Below, piece by piece: positions 53,005-64,000 of a DNA stretch of 64,000 nucleotides. This stretch comes from Phoronis australis (lineage: Eukaryota > Animalia > Phoronida). The position numbers and the translations under genes were made by a program. The stretch covers positions 965,622-1,029,621 of the forward strand of contig NMRA01000095.1 in NCBI GenBank assembly GCA_002633005.1, in the 5' to 3' direction. The notes below the pieces were generated by a model. It was not told the origin of the DNA. It did not search any database and saw nothing but the letters and a program-made list of their open reading frames with translations. Numbering within the stretch: position 1 is the stretch's first letter; every line of letters begins with the position of its first letter.

Positions 53005-53217
53005 CGCTTTGTTCTGAATGCGAAGATGCGAAGGTATTGAAGAATCAAATCTTCAGAAATGCACTGTACGTTCCGGATGTTGCTGTCGAGGTACTCCACT
53101 GCGACAGGGCTCTTGATTCCGGCTGGTACCGGTTCGTGTCTCCAGCTGGCGGCACAATACCAACAACTTGCGTTGAGATCTACCACTGCGGAACAAAGCA
53201 CCCAGGATGGATGATGG
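53005..53217 (+). CDS. Gene 2 (paralogue) exon A: D8C N-half
   Basis: tccaag|..LKNQIFRN..HCDRALDSGWYRFVSPAGGTIPTTCVEIYHCGTKHPGWMM|gtaagg. Confidence 0.9.
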
Positions 53218-54548
53218 GTAAGGCTTAGATGACGGTAGCAATAGGAAGATGGGTAAAACACAAATCACAGTACATGTAGCTGTACACTGTCGTATTGAGT
53301 TAAATAACTGCATGTACCTTATTTAAGCCAAAAAATTGGAAATGAAAAAGAATGCCAAATCTGGAAGACCATAGACTTCAGTCGTACATGTGTATCTGCA
53401 ACACTATTAAAATAACCAAGGTACAGTACAATATGACCTTTAGTACTTTCACTATGAGTGTACGTTGCCAGGATAGTCGTGTAACTCCACTTCAAGAAAC
53501 CTTGATAACAGGTGGAGCCATTCGTGACAGAATTGAACAATTACAGGCTTCAAAAATCTTAAACCCACCGTGAAAACAAACTTAGCGAACAGACGGTGGG
53601 TGACACTACTGCTCACCAAAGAAGGAAAACATATCAAAGCAGTCATTGCCAAACTTTCTCCTAATCCCAAAAGAGCTGCTTTAGGTTACGCAAGTTTTGT
53701 CTGGATTATGATGCAGTTCCTAGTTTTTACATACCGTAAACAGCTTAGTTGTCAAGTTTCTCCAGAAAGCAGTTTACAAACAGAACGCATTGCGCTGGTA
53801 CCGTGACTAATATTCATATAAATGTATCTCCTCTCATTTTTTAATTCAAAGTTTCTTTAAACGAAGTCGTGGCTGTGAAAGCGAGAATTTAAAGATGCCT
53901 AGACAGCGATAAACAGACCAAATTGCATGATTGAAAGTGGTTCTCTACCACTGAAACATGATTCAACTTGCTCAGCAGGGTGTTTTGGTTAAGATTTTTT
54001 AATTATGTTGATGTCAAACCACTTGTCAACTTATCACCTCCTCGTCAATTTTTCTTCTACAAGGCGTAGACGTAGCCATATTCCCTGACCTTTGACCTCA
54101 AACGACTTTAAGCAACTGACTGTGAGTGCATTTATCATAAATGGGAGGGAGATTAGGAAATCTGTGGTAACCACACAGTTTTTTCAAAAATGTGAATTCT
54201 GTGATTTTTTCTAGACATTTCCTCACAGAGGAAAGTGAATTAATCTGTACCAGACGTTGCAAGATAGCACTTTCGTCAGGAATTGTTTAAAATAATATAT
54301 TTTTGATGAGCTGAGAATCGGGCTAAAAACCTGAAATGCTGATCGTGGGCAAACTGAGATCACTGTTCTCGAAAGAAAACTTGTGGACTGAATAAGAAAA
54401 ACCATCAGTGGCCATGTCAGGTTGTATGGACCTCAGAGGAGTAATATTAGGTTCTTCCTTGGTCCTTGTCCTTGCTCTCCCTTGGTACATCTAAGCTGAC
54501 ATTGCTTTCGGGATCAGCCTATACTCTTGTATTGTTACACAATCAGAT

Positions 54549-54804
54549 CATGCGCCCACCCAGGGGGATGGNGGGGGGGGCTAGTGGGCTCGAACGAGCC
54601 CCCCATTTGGCGAAGTGGGCAAAAAGGTCCGGCTCTAAGAAACAAAAAGTCCTAGGAAACGAGACAAAATTCAACTAAAAAGGCAGGAACTACCAAAAAT
54701 CAGCGAATGCATAATTTACAGCTCTGAAGGTAACTTGTTTTTTAGTAAAAGGTCCACATTCCCAAAAATTCGAGTCCCCACATTTTAGGCTGGGTCTGCG
54801 TATT
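54549..54804. mobile_element. Second copy of the MITE at 24877-25126
   Basis: Shared termini and internal sequence; possible 8-bp TSD AATCAGAT/ATTCAGAT; contains an N at 54572. Confidence 0.65.
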
Positions 54805-57778
54805 CAGATACGTCTCGTCTGCGCTTAGTTGACTTGTCACGCGTGCAAGAAAAAATTGTGGGATATCTTAGCTGGGTTGTAACACAAGATGTCTTGAAAA
54901 GGATTAAGTGATCTCGTTTTCTCAAGAAACATCGTCTGTGAAACTCTATCCTACGGCTTGTCAATAAACAATACAATGACTTCCTTTCTGAGGTGATGTG
55001 GTCCTGGGAGCCAGAGCTGCGTGGTGTAGACAACGTTTATTGCAAGAACAGGAGCATCATGTAAGACCACGCAGAATTATTCATGTGAAAATCCAGTTAT
55101 TTACAAATTCAATAAACTTGTCAAGTGCTGACAGTTGTTCTCTAATTATTAACCGTGTTAGCTTTTAACTCTGTACTACTGTTGGCGGTACGTATATTCT
55201 AGTTTCGTGGAATGCCATAAGCAAAGGAAGCGGGCCGAGCAAGAGGGGAGCTCTTGCCCCCACTCATTAAGAAGAAGTGGTAGCGCACCCATTAAGCAAG
55301 GTCGTAGGCATCGGGTTTGAGATGGTACCTGCACCCTTTGATTTATTGTAAATGTGCGAGTGTGAAACCTCTGTAGCTATGCAGGGGCATTGAGTGGGGC
55401 TTTTCTTGAATCGAAAAATACAGTGAAACATGTAGATATAGAGTAGGAATTGTTCTTAGAGAACACTTTTCATCTGTGTGCTATATTAGTTACGACAATT
55501 TGTTTAAGGGCTCTCAGTTAAAAATACCATGCTTCGAAAAAGACTGAGGAAACTTGTTAAGAACAGATTCAAGAATACAATTTTTAGCGAATACAAACTG
55601 TATTTCTTCAAGAATGCCTCTCTAGCAAGGGATAATGTTGCTCTTTTTGCCAACCCAGCTCGGGGGGGGGGGGTCCAGAGATGGCACTTATGGTTAACTA
55701 TTTAATCGTGTAAGTGTCATGGGGTGGTATTTAACGCGCCTTTGTGTTGTGATCACTCAGTTCCGCCTTATTAATGGACCTTCGGACTGTTGCACATTCT
55801 GTTATATGAGCTGCTTCCACATTTCTTAGATATTTCTTATCTTCTGCATGCTATGAACACTCCCACTAAATAAGATTGGTCCTAACCCCAATGGTCAAGG
55901 TAAACGGTGGGGTTTGGAAAATTGAACTAGACCGTATTTATCCACCTTGGCTGAGTCGCGCTCGGCTCACGATCAAAGGGATGCCGCCAAGCTGCTGTAT
56001 TCATCGAGTCACGGGCGAGGATAATTGATTTCGCTCACGCGGATATGATCAGCTGATTACAATCTAGGTAGCAGACTGTACTTTTTATGGAGAGAGTTTT
56101 ACGTAGTTTTTACTGTAATATTTGAAAAGAGGAGCGAAAACAAATATGAGTACAACTTTGAATTTTTTAAATCGGCCCAGGATAAGAGATTTTGCAACAC
56201 AGCAACACTCACGATTACTTTCGTTCGGTGCGCACGAATACAAAAATATAGGACCCAAGTTATTTAGATTTTGGAACACATGCATTGCAATATTCAAAAT
56301 ACGTTTATTTTGAATCTTACAAGCTGTAAAACGTCGTTTTTTAATTTCATTGTGCTCATTCATTGTCATCCGTCAAATCGGCAATTCCCGAGATGTGATC
56401 TGCGTCGTGCGCGTATGTACGAAACTCGGGATTGTGTTCTTGAAGTACGAAAATTAAGAAACTTTAGCATGCCGTTATTATTGACAGGGACACGATAAAA
56501 CGAATTTTGATTTTGACTATAGTCTTGATACAGCGAGCTGGCTGCGTCAGTGTCTCCGCTAGACCCAGAAATTTCACACAGCCCGGAAAGTTCACCTCGT
56601 CCCCAACTTGTAGATCGAGCCTTGGACTATAATACTCCACGGTAGAGCTAACGACCGTCGGCCTGTGCACACAAAATCTGTGAGTTAACCAGCACTCACC
56701 TTGCACGTTGCAGCCGTTTAAGTGAAAAACAATCTAGTAAACGCCATTTTCTTGCATAATCCTCCGCCTTCTGTAACAAAAAAGTCTATCGTCGATGACC
56801 CGCACACGCACGCTCACTCACTCTCATACACAGACGACCTTCAAAACAAACGTCACGTGACAACAACATGTGTGTTCATCCAGAGATTTTTCTCTTGTTG
56901 TGGAGTACGATGTAGCGCACATTTGGACTTAATCGCAATTAATCTGGACTCCACATGAACTTTAAAAATTGTAAAACATAAGGAAGATTTCAGGTAATTT
57001 GTTGAGTCGAAACTATGTTTTTATTCAAGAGTTCAAGTTTTCCTATTGACGATCGCGATTCAGCGAAGCATCAGTCGGCAAGTTTTCGTCCTGTGATGAG
57101 CACAATTTTTTGAAAAATTATCGTAATTTAACAACGGAAGTTGATAGCAATGCACCACAATTTTGTAGAAAGACTGTCATAGGCTACAAATACGTCACAG
57201 AGCGTAAATTTGATGAATCCTACATGTAGCTTCCGATTTTACCCGTTTGGGAAACCGGGTTTCAACTGCCGTACGGCTACAATGAGCGTCCCCTCCCCGT
57301 GAAATGAATTTTTCTAAGCGTTTATTAGAGCCAATACAGTGTACATCTTTCCACCAAGGCTAGGTGATGCTACGACATTATTCTTTGTTGCATAGTAACT
57401 GGTCATGGCTAAATATCATTTTATAGCCTGGTCATCCATTCCGCCAAAAGTAGTTCCAGAGGTGGCTTATCAGCCAATTATTCATGCATGCTGACTCACA
57501 ATAGAAGCCTGATAAGAGTGAAGGTGGATAAATGTGGTGTTCCTACAGTTTCTTGTGGTGGTGGATGTGTTCACTACATGTGTCTTGATAATTTAACTGT
57601 AACTTTTCCATTTTTTGCTATCCCGTCTTCCGGAACGGAAAGGACAATACTCGAGAACTTTATAGCGTTACATAGCAAAATGCCAACGGTAGACAATATA
57701 CTACTAAACAGCTTAATAGCTTCAAACCTTGTGGATGCTTGTAGATCTCACTACGTTGTAAATACTTTTCAAATTAAG

Positions 57779-57985
57779 GCGACACCCCCTCAGTGGAAGA
57801 TGGACGAGTGACACGATCGATCTGCATTACGGGGTCTTTCTTCGACTGCAGTGATTGTTTAGGTGGTGATGACCTGTGCTGTTCTCAAGTCCTCGATGTC
57901 CAAGTCAGGAACTGCAGCTCAGTTGAAGATTTCATAGTCTACTACTTACCACGAGTAACTGCATGTCCCATTGGGTACTGTGCAG
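57779..57985 (+). CDS. Gene 2 exon B: D8C C-half
   Basis: 207 nt, as in gene 1; PSVEDGRVTR..VQVRNCSS..YYLPRVTACPIGYCA|gtaagt. Confidence 0.9.
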
Positions 57986-60900
57986 GTAAGTATCAATGAT
58001 TAATGAAATCACATTGTTCTCTAACCCTCCTACGTTGTTATAGACCTAATTCATGCCGACAAGAGGCTTGTTCAAAAACGAGTTGGATTGTCGGCATACT
58101 TGTATTCCGCGTAGCTCGAACGGCTAAAAAAATACGGACACACAACTGTCTGTTTTACAATCCCTAATAGCGTTGAGATTCGGAAGCGTTGGATCGTTGC
58201 CACACGCCGAGACGAAGGAAAATATGTCCTTGTAAAATTTATAAATGTTTTCAAAAAGTTAGATCATAGTTTGTCGCATCTCGTTGCCGAGCATCATAGC
58301 AACGACCGCACAATCGCCGGCCAGCCAAGCTGTGTTTTCATGACTACGGACAGGGCCCTCAATCCCTCGATTTTGAAGCCGACCGAGTATCGGCCCCATT
58401 CTCTTCTCAAAAAAATGAAAAATAACGCTATATTCCCCCCACAAGGCTTAAAAATTACCCTAGTGGTTGAAAATTTCTCTCCGAAGTTCAAATCACCTGT
58501 AACCACACAGGCGACAATGTGAAAGAGCACAAAATGCTACTTGAGACAGAGCCTATGAGAGCTTGAACNGGGGTGCTAGTGATGGTGATGCGAAGATAGA
58601 TTTTTCCCCTCACTCGGCGAAAAATTCCCTTCTCAGAAGGCCCATGCAAAAGATTCCCTCGGGTGAACGAGGCCCTTGAAGAAACATAATAACTATGCTT
58701 GCTCTGTCCAGTTAACTAAAGTTGAGCTCTAAAACGAGGTTATGCTATGGACGAACGAATTAGGTGCAAAATCCCACTTAGTCCAGATTGGTATTTGAAA
58801 CCTAACACATGAAATAGATGTACGAATTATTAAAACCAAGAAAGCAGAAATGATGGTAAATATATTTTATTTTCAATTACTGTACGAGCTTGGTTTTTAT
58901 TTTAATTAAATATATTTAGCATTATCAATTTTTCTTTCATGACAAATCCACTGTCAGTACCTCACCAGGCTATGCTTGGTGTTATTAACATTCTTGATCG
59001 ACTGATTGCACATTACAGCAAAATACGATGACCCACCATGCACTGTCTAATATATATATTTAACTCGTCAACAATAGGAGTAGATGACGTGGTTCGTGTA
59101 GAAAGCATTTTTATCAACAGTTTACAAGAAGAAACGTCCATACAGCATAATACCTAATCCGTATCACTACAATCGCCGCAATATGGTCATATTTACTTTT
59201 CATGTTTCTAACCTTGTTTTCGGAAAAAAAACTTACATCCTTTCGTCAGACAACTCTCTGGTGCATTAACATGTTCTCTACGTAGTGTATTTTTCTACGT
59301 GTCTGCGGTAAACTATCGACACATTTGTATGATTTTATATCCAGGTTGGACTCTCAAGACTGGTCATTTAACTCACGTAGTGTCAACTTTCGCGTTGTTT
59401 TTCGCAGTGAACCTCGATTTCTTTTTTAATGTCCGCCCCGTGAATTAGGTCTATAGTTTGAAAACAGCCAATATTTGGGAATCGAAGCTAACCCTGGGAA
59501 CAGAACACTAACCACACCTGTCCACTATAGTGGGACTTTTCTTATTCTCAAAAAAAAAAAACACTTCCTGCTTACTACACACTTTTGGCACAAGTTTGCA
59601 GTGGATCTGTACACTTCCGTTTTAAGGCTTCGATTACCATTTTTTGGGGAACCGAGTTTCACACACAATGAATCAAAGTTTTATTTACTGTATATGCGCC
59701 AATCCCCGTTCAAATGATGTTTTCAAACTTGTTTGCCTTGTGTTGAGACTGGTTTGGCATTACTTTCCGGTTAATTATAGTTTTCGCTTCGGAAATTTCC
59801 CACCCACCGTTTTCGTGGGTGCGCATGCGTTAAATCTTGCAATCAACCCTCAATACGGAATACATGGGAACGAAATAACGATGAGAATTTAGTTATTGAG
59901 GGAGATAACCAATTTCGAAAAGATTTGATGCCAATTATAAGCGTTTTAGTGAAAGATTTCCACTTCCTTGAGGTTTGAGTTCAGTTTGTGCCGTTGAAGT
60001 CAGTGTGTTAACGATCGTCCGGAAGCTATTATTTAAGCATACAGACTGAGTCAAGTTCGGTGAAATTCATTTGTATATCGGATTTGACGACAGACCAATA
60101 GGCAACGTGACCTCTTTGCTGGCTGGGATGGGGCTTCAACACTCCCGATCGGACTCTGTGTTAATTTCATTCCATGTATTTTAAAGCGTTCCTAAAATGG
60201 GATTCTGCAATTTTTGATGTTTTAGGCAGTGTATGCCAAGTTTATATTACAACACTAACTAAACAAGCACTTCTTTTGGGAAGTAATGGAGGAATTGTGA
60301 TGAAGTATCAATGATTTTTTTCGGTTTCCCGCCACCTGATAAGTCATCAGTGCAACACGTTGATCAGTGGACTGTATACATGTACATGCAATGGCGGATT
60401 GTAGTGGTTTTGTACTGTAAGTTACGAAGACTTAGAGAGCAAGCTTGGCGAGTTTTGTGAAAACAGCAATGGCAATGGGATGAAGAGGATGCTCAGGCCA
60501 TTGGTGAATCAGGTAGTGAGTTAGAGATAGCTATATCGGCATATTTTTGGGTGTTTGAGGCCGTGCGAACTCTACCCTCACGCACCGGCGCCTTAGGCGA
60601 GTGAAGCCAAGTCGGAGTCTATCGTTTGTGAACAGTCCTAATTTCAGAGCCGTAATTAAAGCCTTTTACGGATTCACGATTTAACTTTCTAGTCTAGTGC
60701 GGAATCACGTGTGTCTCGAATCCAAATCTGACTGAAGTACTTACCCTGGCGGTCAAAATCCAGTCACAAGTAGTAGACAGTTTGTCGAATGCCAAGTGCG
60801 TTTGACAGGATCGATGATATCTGATCATAGTGCTGCTAACTGGATTTCATTTCTGGTAAATGATACTCGGTTCTCTCGTGTCTTTTTCAAAGTTTTGAAA

Positions 60901-61163
60901 TGGTTGTGATCTGCCGATTATTTAGGTTGCATGTCTCACTCCAGCATCTGTGCCAGCTGTGGTCGTGACCTCAAACTACTTGGCATCTACAGTGTACATC
61001 GCATTTTCTACTATTTTAGGAGATCCGAATTGAAAGCTAAAGGTCGACGTTCTCGCACGGACATTATAAAATCCAGAAAAGATAAACACAACATGACCTC
61101 ATCTGCAAAATGATTAGCTGGTGTTTAAAAAATAATACATTTTATCTTTTTAATTATTCTTAG

Positions 61164-61226
61164 GCAATCGTGCGCCGTGCCCAGCTGGCCAGTCGTCGTT
61201 TACAGGGTTCCCGCCTGGATGTAACG
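61164..61226 (+). CDS. Gene 2 exon C (GNRAPCPAGQSSFTGFPPGCN)
   Basis: tcttag|63 nt|gtgagt; homologous to 4449-4511. Confidence 0.85.
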
Positions 61227-62577
61227 GTGAGTCAGACAGATTGTATGATAACATTGAAAGGGGACCCTGCATTATTCTTATGTATTATTACCTGACTGGC
61301 CGAAGACAAGTGCATATAGCGGCATAATAAAACATCACTGACTTTAAGAAAATGATACAAGTTTAAAAAACATAACCCAAGAACGACTTGATGCTGAAAA
61401 TTTCCAATTAACGTGTAGCACCACACGGACCTCATATGAGCAAATTGTGGATACCGGCCACCCAAGATCACTACAAGGAGGAGAATAAATGGGATGTACA
61501 TGTAACTATGATGGCCGTGAATCAACAACGTTTCACACATATAGTAAAATGGGCTCAGGGCCAGCGCAGTGACGTCTAGCTGTATGGGACCTTCCTCAAG
61601 TAACTATAGGAGAGACCTTGACGTTTGAAAACACGACTTTCACGAGCTACGCTAGGCACAGGTCAGCTCAGCTAGACAAAGGTGCTTGTAGCTTGACTCA
61701 CACCTATCTATCTGCCCTGACTCTACCGTCAAGATTCAGTATATTATGATCGAGTTTGGGAACTGTTCAATTTATTAGAGCCATTTTTTGAAGGTATTTT
61801 TGAAACGACGACGTCCCAAGGTACATGTATATGATATAGTGCAGTTCGAGTTGTTTTAATATCCCTAATTGAAACACAGGTAGTCCAATTTGTGGTGGGT
61901 GGGGAAAATGCTACAGAGGGTGTCCCAAAATTGAACACACTTTCACTGACACCGGGAGTTCAAATTCAATTCACGTGGATCATTGACATTCTGCGCCGGG
62001 CTTACTGCATGGCTATACCTTGTTTTGAACATAGGACAGGTGCGTCTGAAGAATAGAATGCATAGAAAAATCCACAATTTCAAAATGGGAAATGTTCAAC
62101 AATTGATGCTATCAATTTTCTTCAAGTGATATTACAATTTAGTAAAATAATTACAAAATACTGTTGTCTCTATAATCCCTTGCTATAATGGAGCCTTTGG
62201 AAAATGTAGTATTTTGCATTCGTAAAATTATCTTTTTGAATTTAAAAATGTGGTTTTCAATTGCGTTTAGGCGACCCTTGGCACAAAAGGAGCCCCAAAC
62301 GACAATGTCCTCCCGGAGGCCCTCAAAGGATAAATTATGCAGTGATAGATATCAAATGTTCTATAGAATTTTCTATCTTCTTCTTGTTTCGATGTCTTTC
62401 TTTAATCGACTGCTCCAGCCCCACGCCTATGTCGAATGCCACAGCTTAACTCTGACACCTGCAAATGTTTTGGGGCCATGTGCCCCTCGGCCCCCTGGTT
62501 CCTACGGCCATGCGTAAACTACATGTATTTAATGTAAAAGGGTGTGCATGATGGAATTGCCTTTTGGTCTGATGTAG

Positions 62578-62906
62578 ATAAAGTCTCCATGTATAATGGA
62601 ACTGTAAACGTTACTTCGCACGTGGGGAGCAGGCCGGATGTATCGAGCTATCCTGACACCAGTGACGAAAGAGAAAACAGAATCCGAAAGGAACTGACAG
62701 AGGAAGGGAAAAAAGAAATTCAGTTTCACTGCAACATTCCCAATGACAACTCTGATGGCTTCGATGATCTTTTTTTCAACGTCCGTTGGCTCATCAATGA
62801 AGAAGAAGTTGCCTTTGAAGAGCTCGGTTATGGTATCCACGTCTCAGTACTCCACGAGTACCACTGGGTCAACAGAACGGGGCCGATCATCGCTCTACCA
62901 TTTAAT
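62578..62906 (+). CDS. Gene 2 exon D; the gene continues beyond the window
   Basis: atgtag|..KKEIQFHCNI..LFFNVRWLIN..LPFN|gtaagt. Confidence 0.9.
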
Positions 62907-64000
62907 GTAAGTCCGCTTTATACATGAATTTCTTCCCGTTAATTGTGTCGCAAGGTCTGTTACTTTATCTATGTTCAGTTGAAAGTAGTGTTTTGTTCCG
63001 AAGGTATGAACGTAACGGAATAAAGACTGTCAACAATGAAAAGTGTCGTGCGTTTAATCAAGTCTGGTAATAATGTTATATTTTAATCCAAATTTCGTGA
63101 ATGTAGGATGCAAGAGCATTGGTAGTCTTGTCTCCTTTCTTGCACCGGGGCAGTATTGAATTTCTCATTTTAACTACAGACAGGCCAAAATCACAATTTT
63201 TGTCGTTTTTGGAACCTTGTTTTTTCGGTAGTAACAAGACCAGTTATTGATAACGATTAATATAGTTCTTTCCATCAATGACCCCAGTCTTCTCTTTGTA
63301 AAGAACTAGTTGCATTCATTTCCGTGACGTTATACATGTACATTTGTATGTGTCCTAAATCAAAACCACAGCTTTAAAGGGCTTTACCGTTTTTACACAT
63401 TTTGGGATCCTTTTAAATGGTATAGGCATTATGGGCTTTGACTTGAGCTTTTGAACAATGCAACCCCTTGTGATTTTGTAACTTAATTGCAAGTAGTCAA
63501 TTCTTGCTGTTGTGTGCCAGACATTTCCTGAAATCAAAGCAGATGACTCAGTCAGATAAACACACTTAAAAATCCCAATATTTACTGAGCCATTCAACTC
63601 AGCGAGTGCTTGGCTACGACACGAGAATTTCGTGCTCCGATTACACGTTGGAGCTGATTTTGCAAAACGTATTTTCTCCCCAATAACTGCACTTTAAGGA
63701 TTTTTTCAATGGATAAAACTCGACAAGCTTCAGCAGCCGATCTGTAGAAATTCATAAGTTGTGCTGGAACTGGAAATATCCCATTGTACCTGTAGGTACA
63801 CTGCGAGGTTATGGCGCATTTCAATAAGACTGGGCGTCCTTCCGATTGGATCAAAAGTCAGCCATATTGGGCAGGGTTGGAGGTAAGTCTGTCAGATAAA
63901 TAATGAAAAATGGAATAAACGGGGTGTGAGTGTTTGGCAAGTCAAGAGGAGTTACATCTTTTAAAAGTGCTTTATTGAGAGACGTGAAACATTTCTCATT

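Overview
AT-rich, intron-containing animal genomic DNA, probably from a marine invertebrate (inference). The main feature is a + strand gene spanning about 2828-35920, for which I can place 21 exons on GT-AG boundaries with consistent phases; the junction across the gap at 34818 cannot be checked. It encodes a VWDE-like protein: a UMOD/GP2/OIT3-type D8C domain, a short Cys motif, Ig-like beta regions, a VWD domain, a helical Cys region and an EGF domain. These are followed by four tandem single-exon Cys modules of about 38 aa and a >2 kb Thr/Gly/Ser mucin array (75-bp unit, 225-bp higher-order repeat) that runs into an assembly gap. A probable last exon encodes an NPVY motif and a C-terminal IEV. 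A tandem paralogue with the same exon structure starts at about 53005 (possible signal-peptide exon at 51770) and runs off the window. The intron after exon C holds an internally deleted Kolobok transposon: TTAA TSD, 157-bp TIRs, and convergent remnants of a KolX/P2X7-ballast-like gene and a THAP transposase. The rest is intron and intergenic DNA with CR1-group and RTE LINE fragments, hAT remnants, MITEs, foldbacks and microsatellites. I found no rRNA, tRNA or CRISPR arrays. All calls are by eye, with no database searches.
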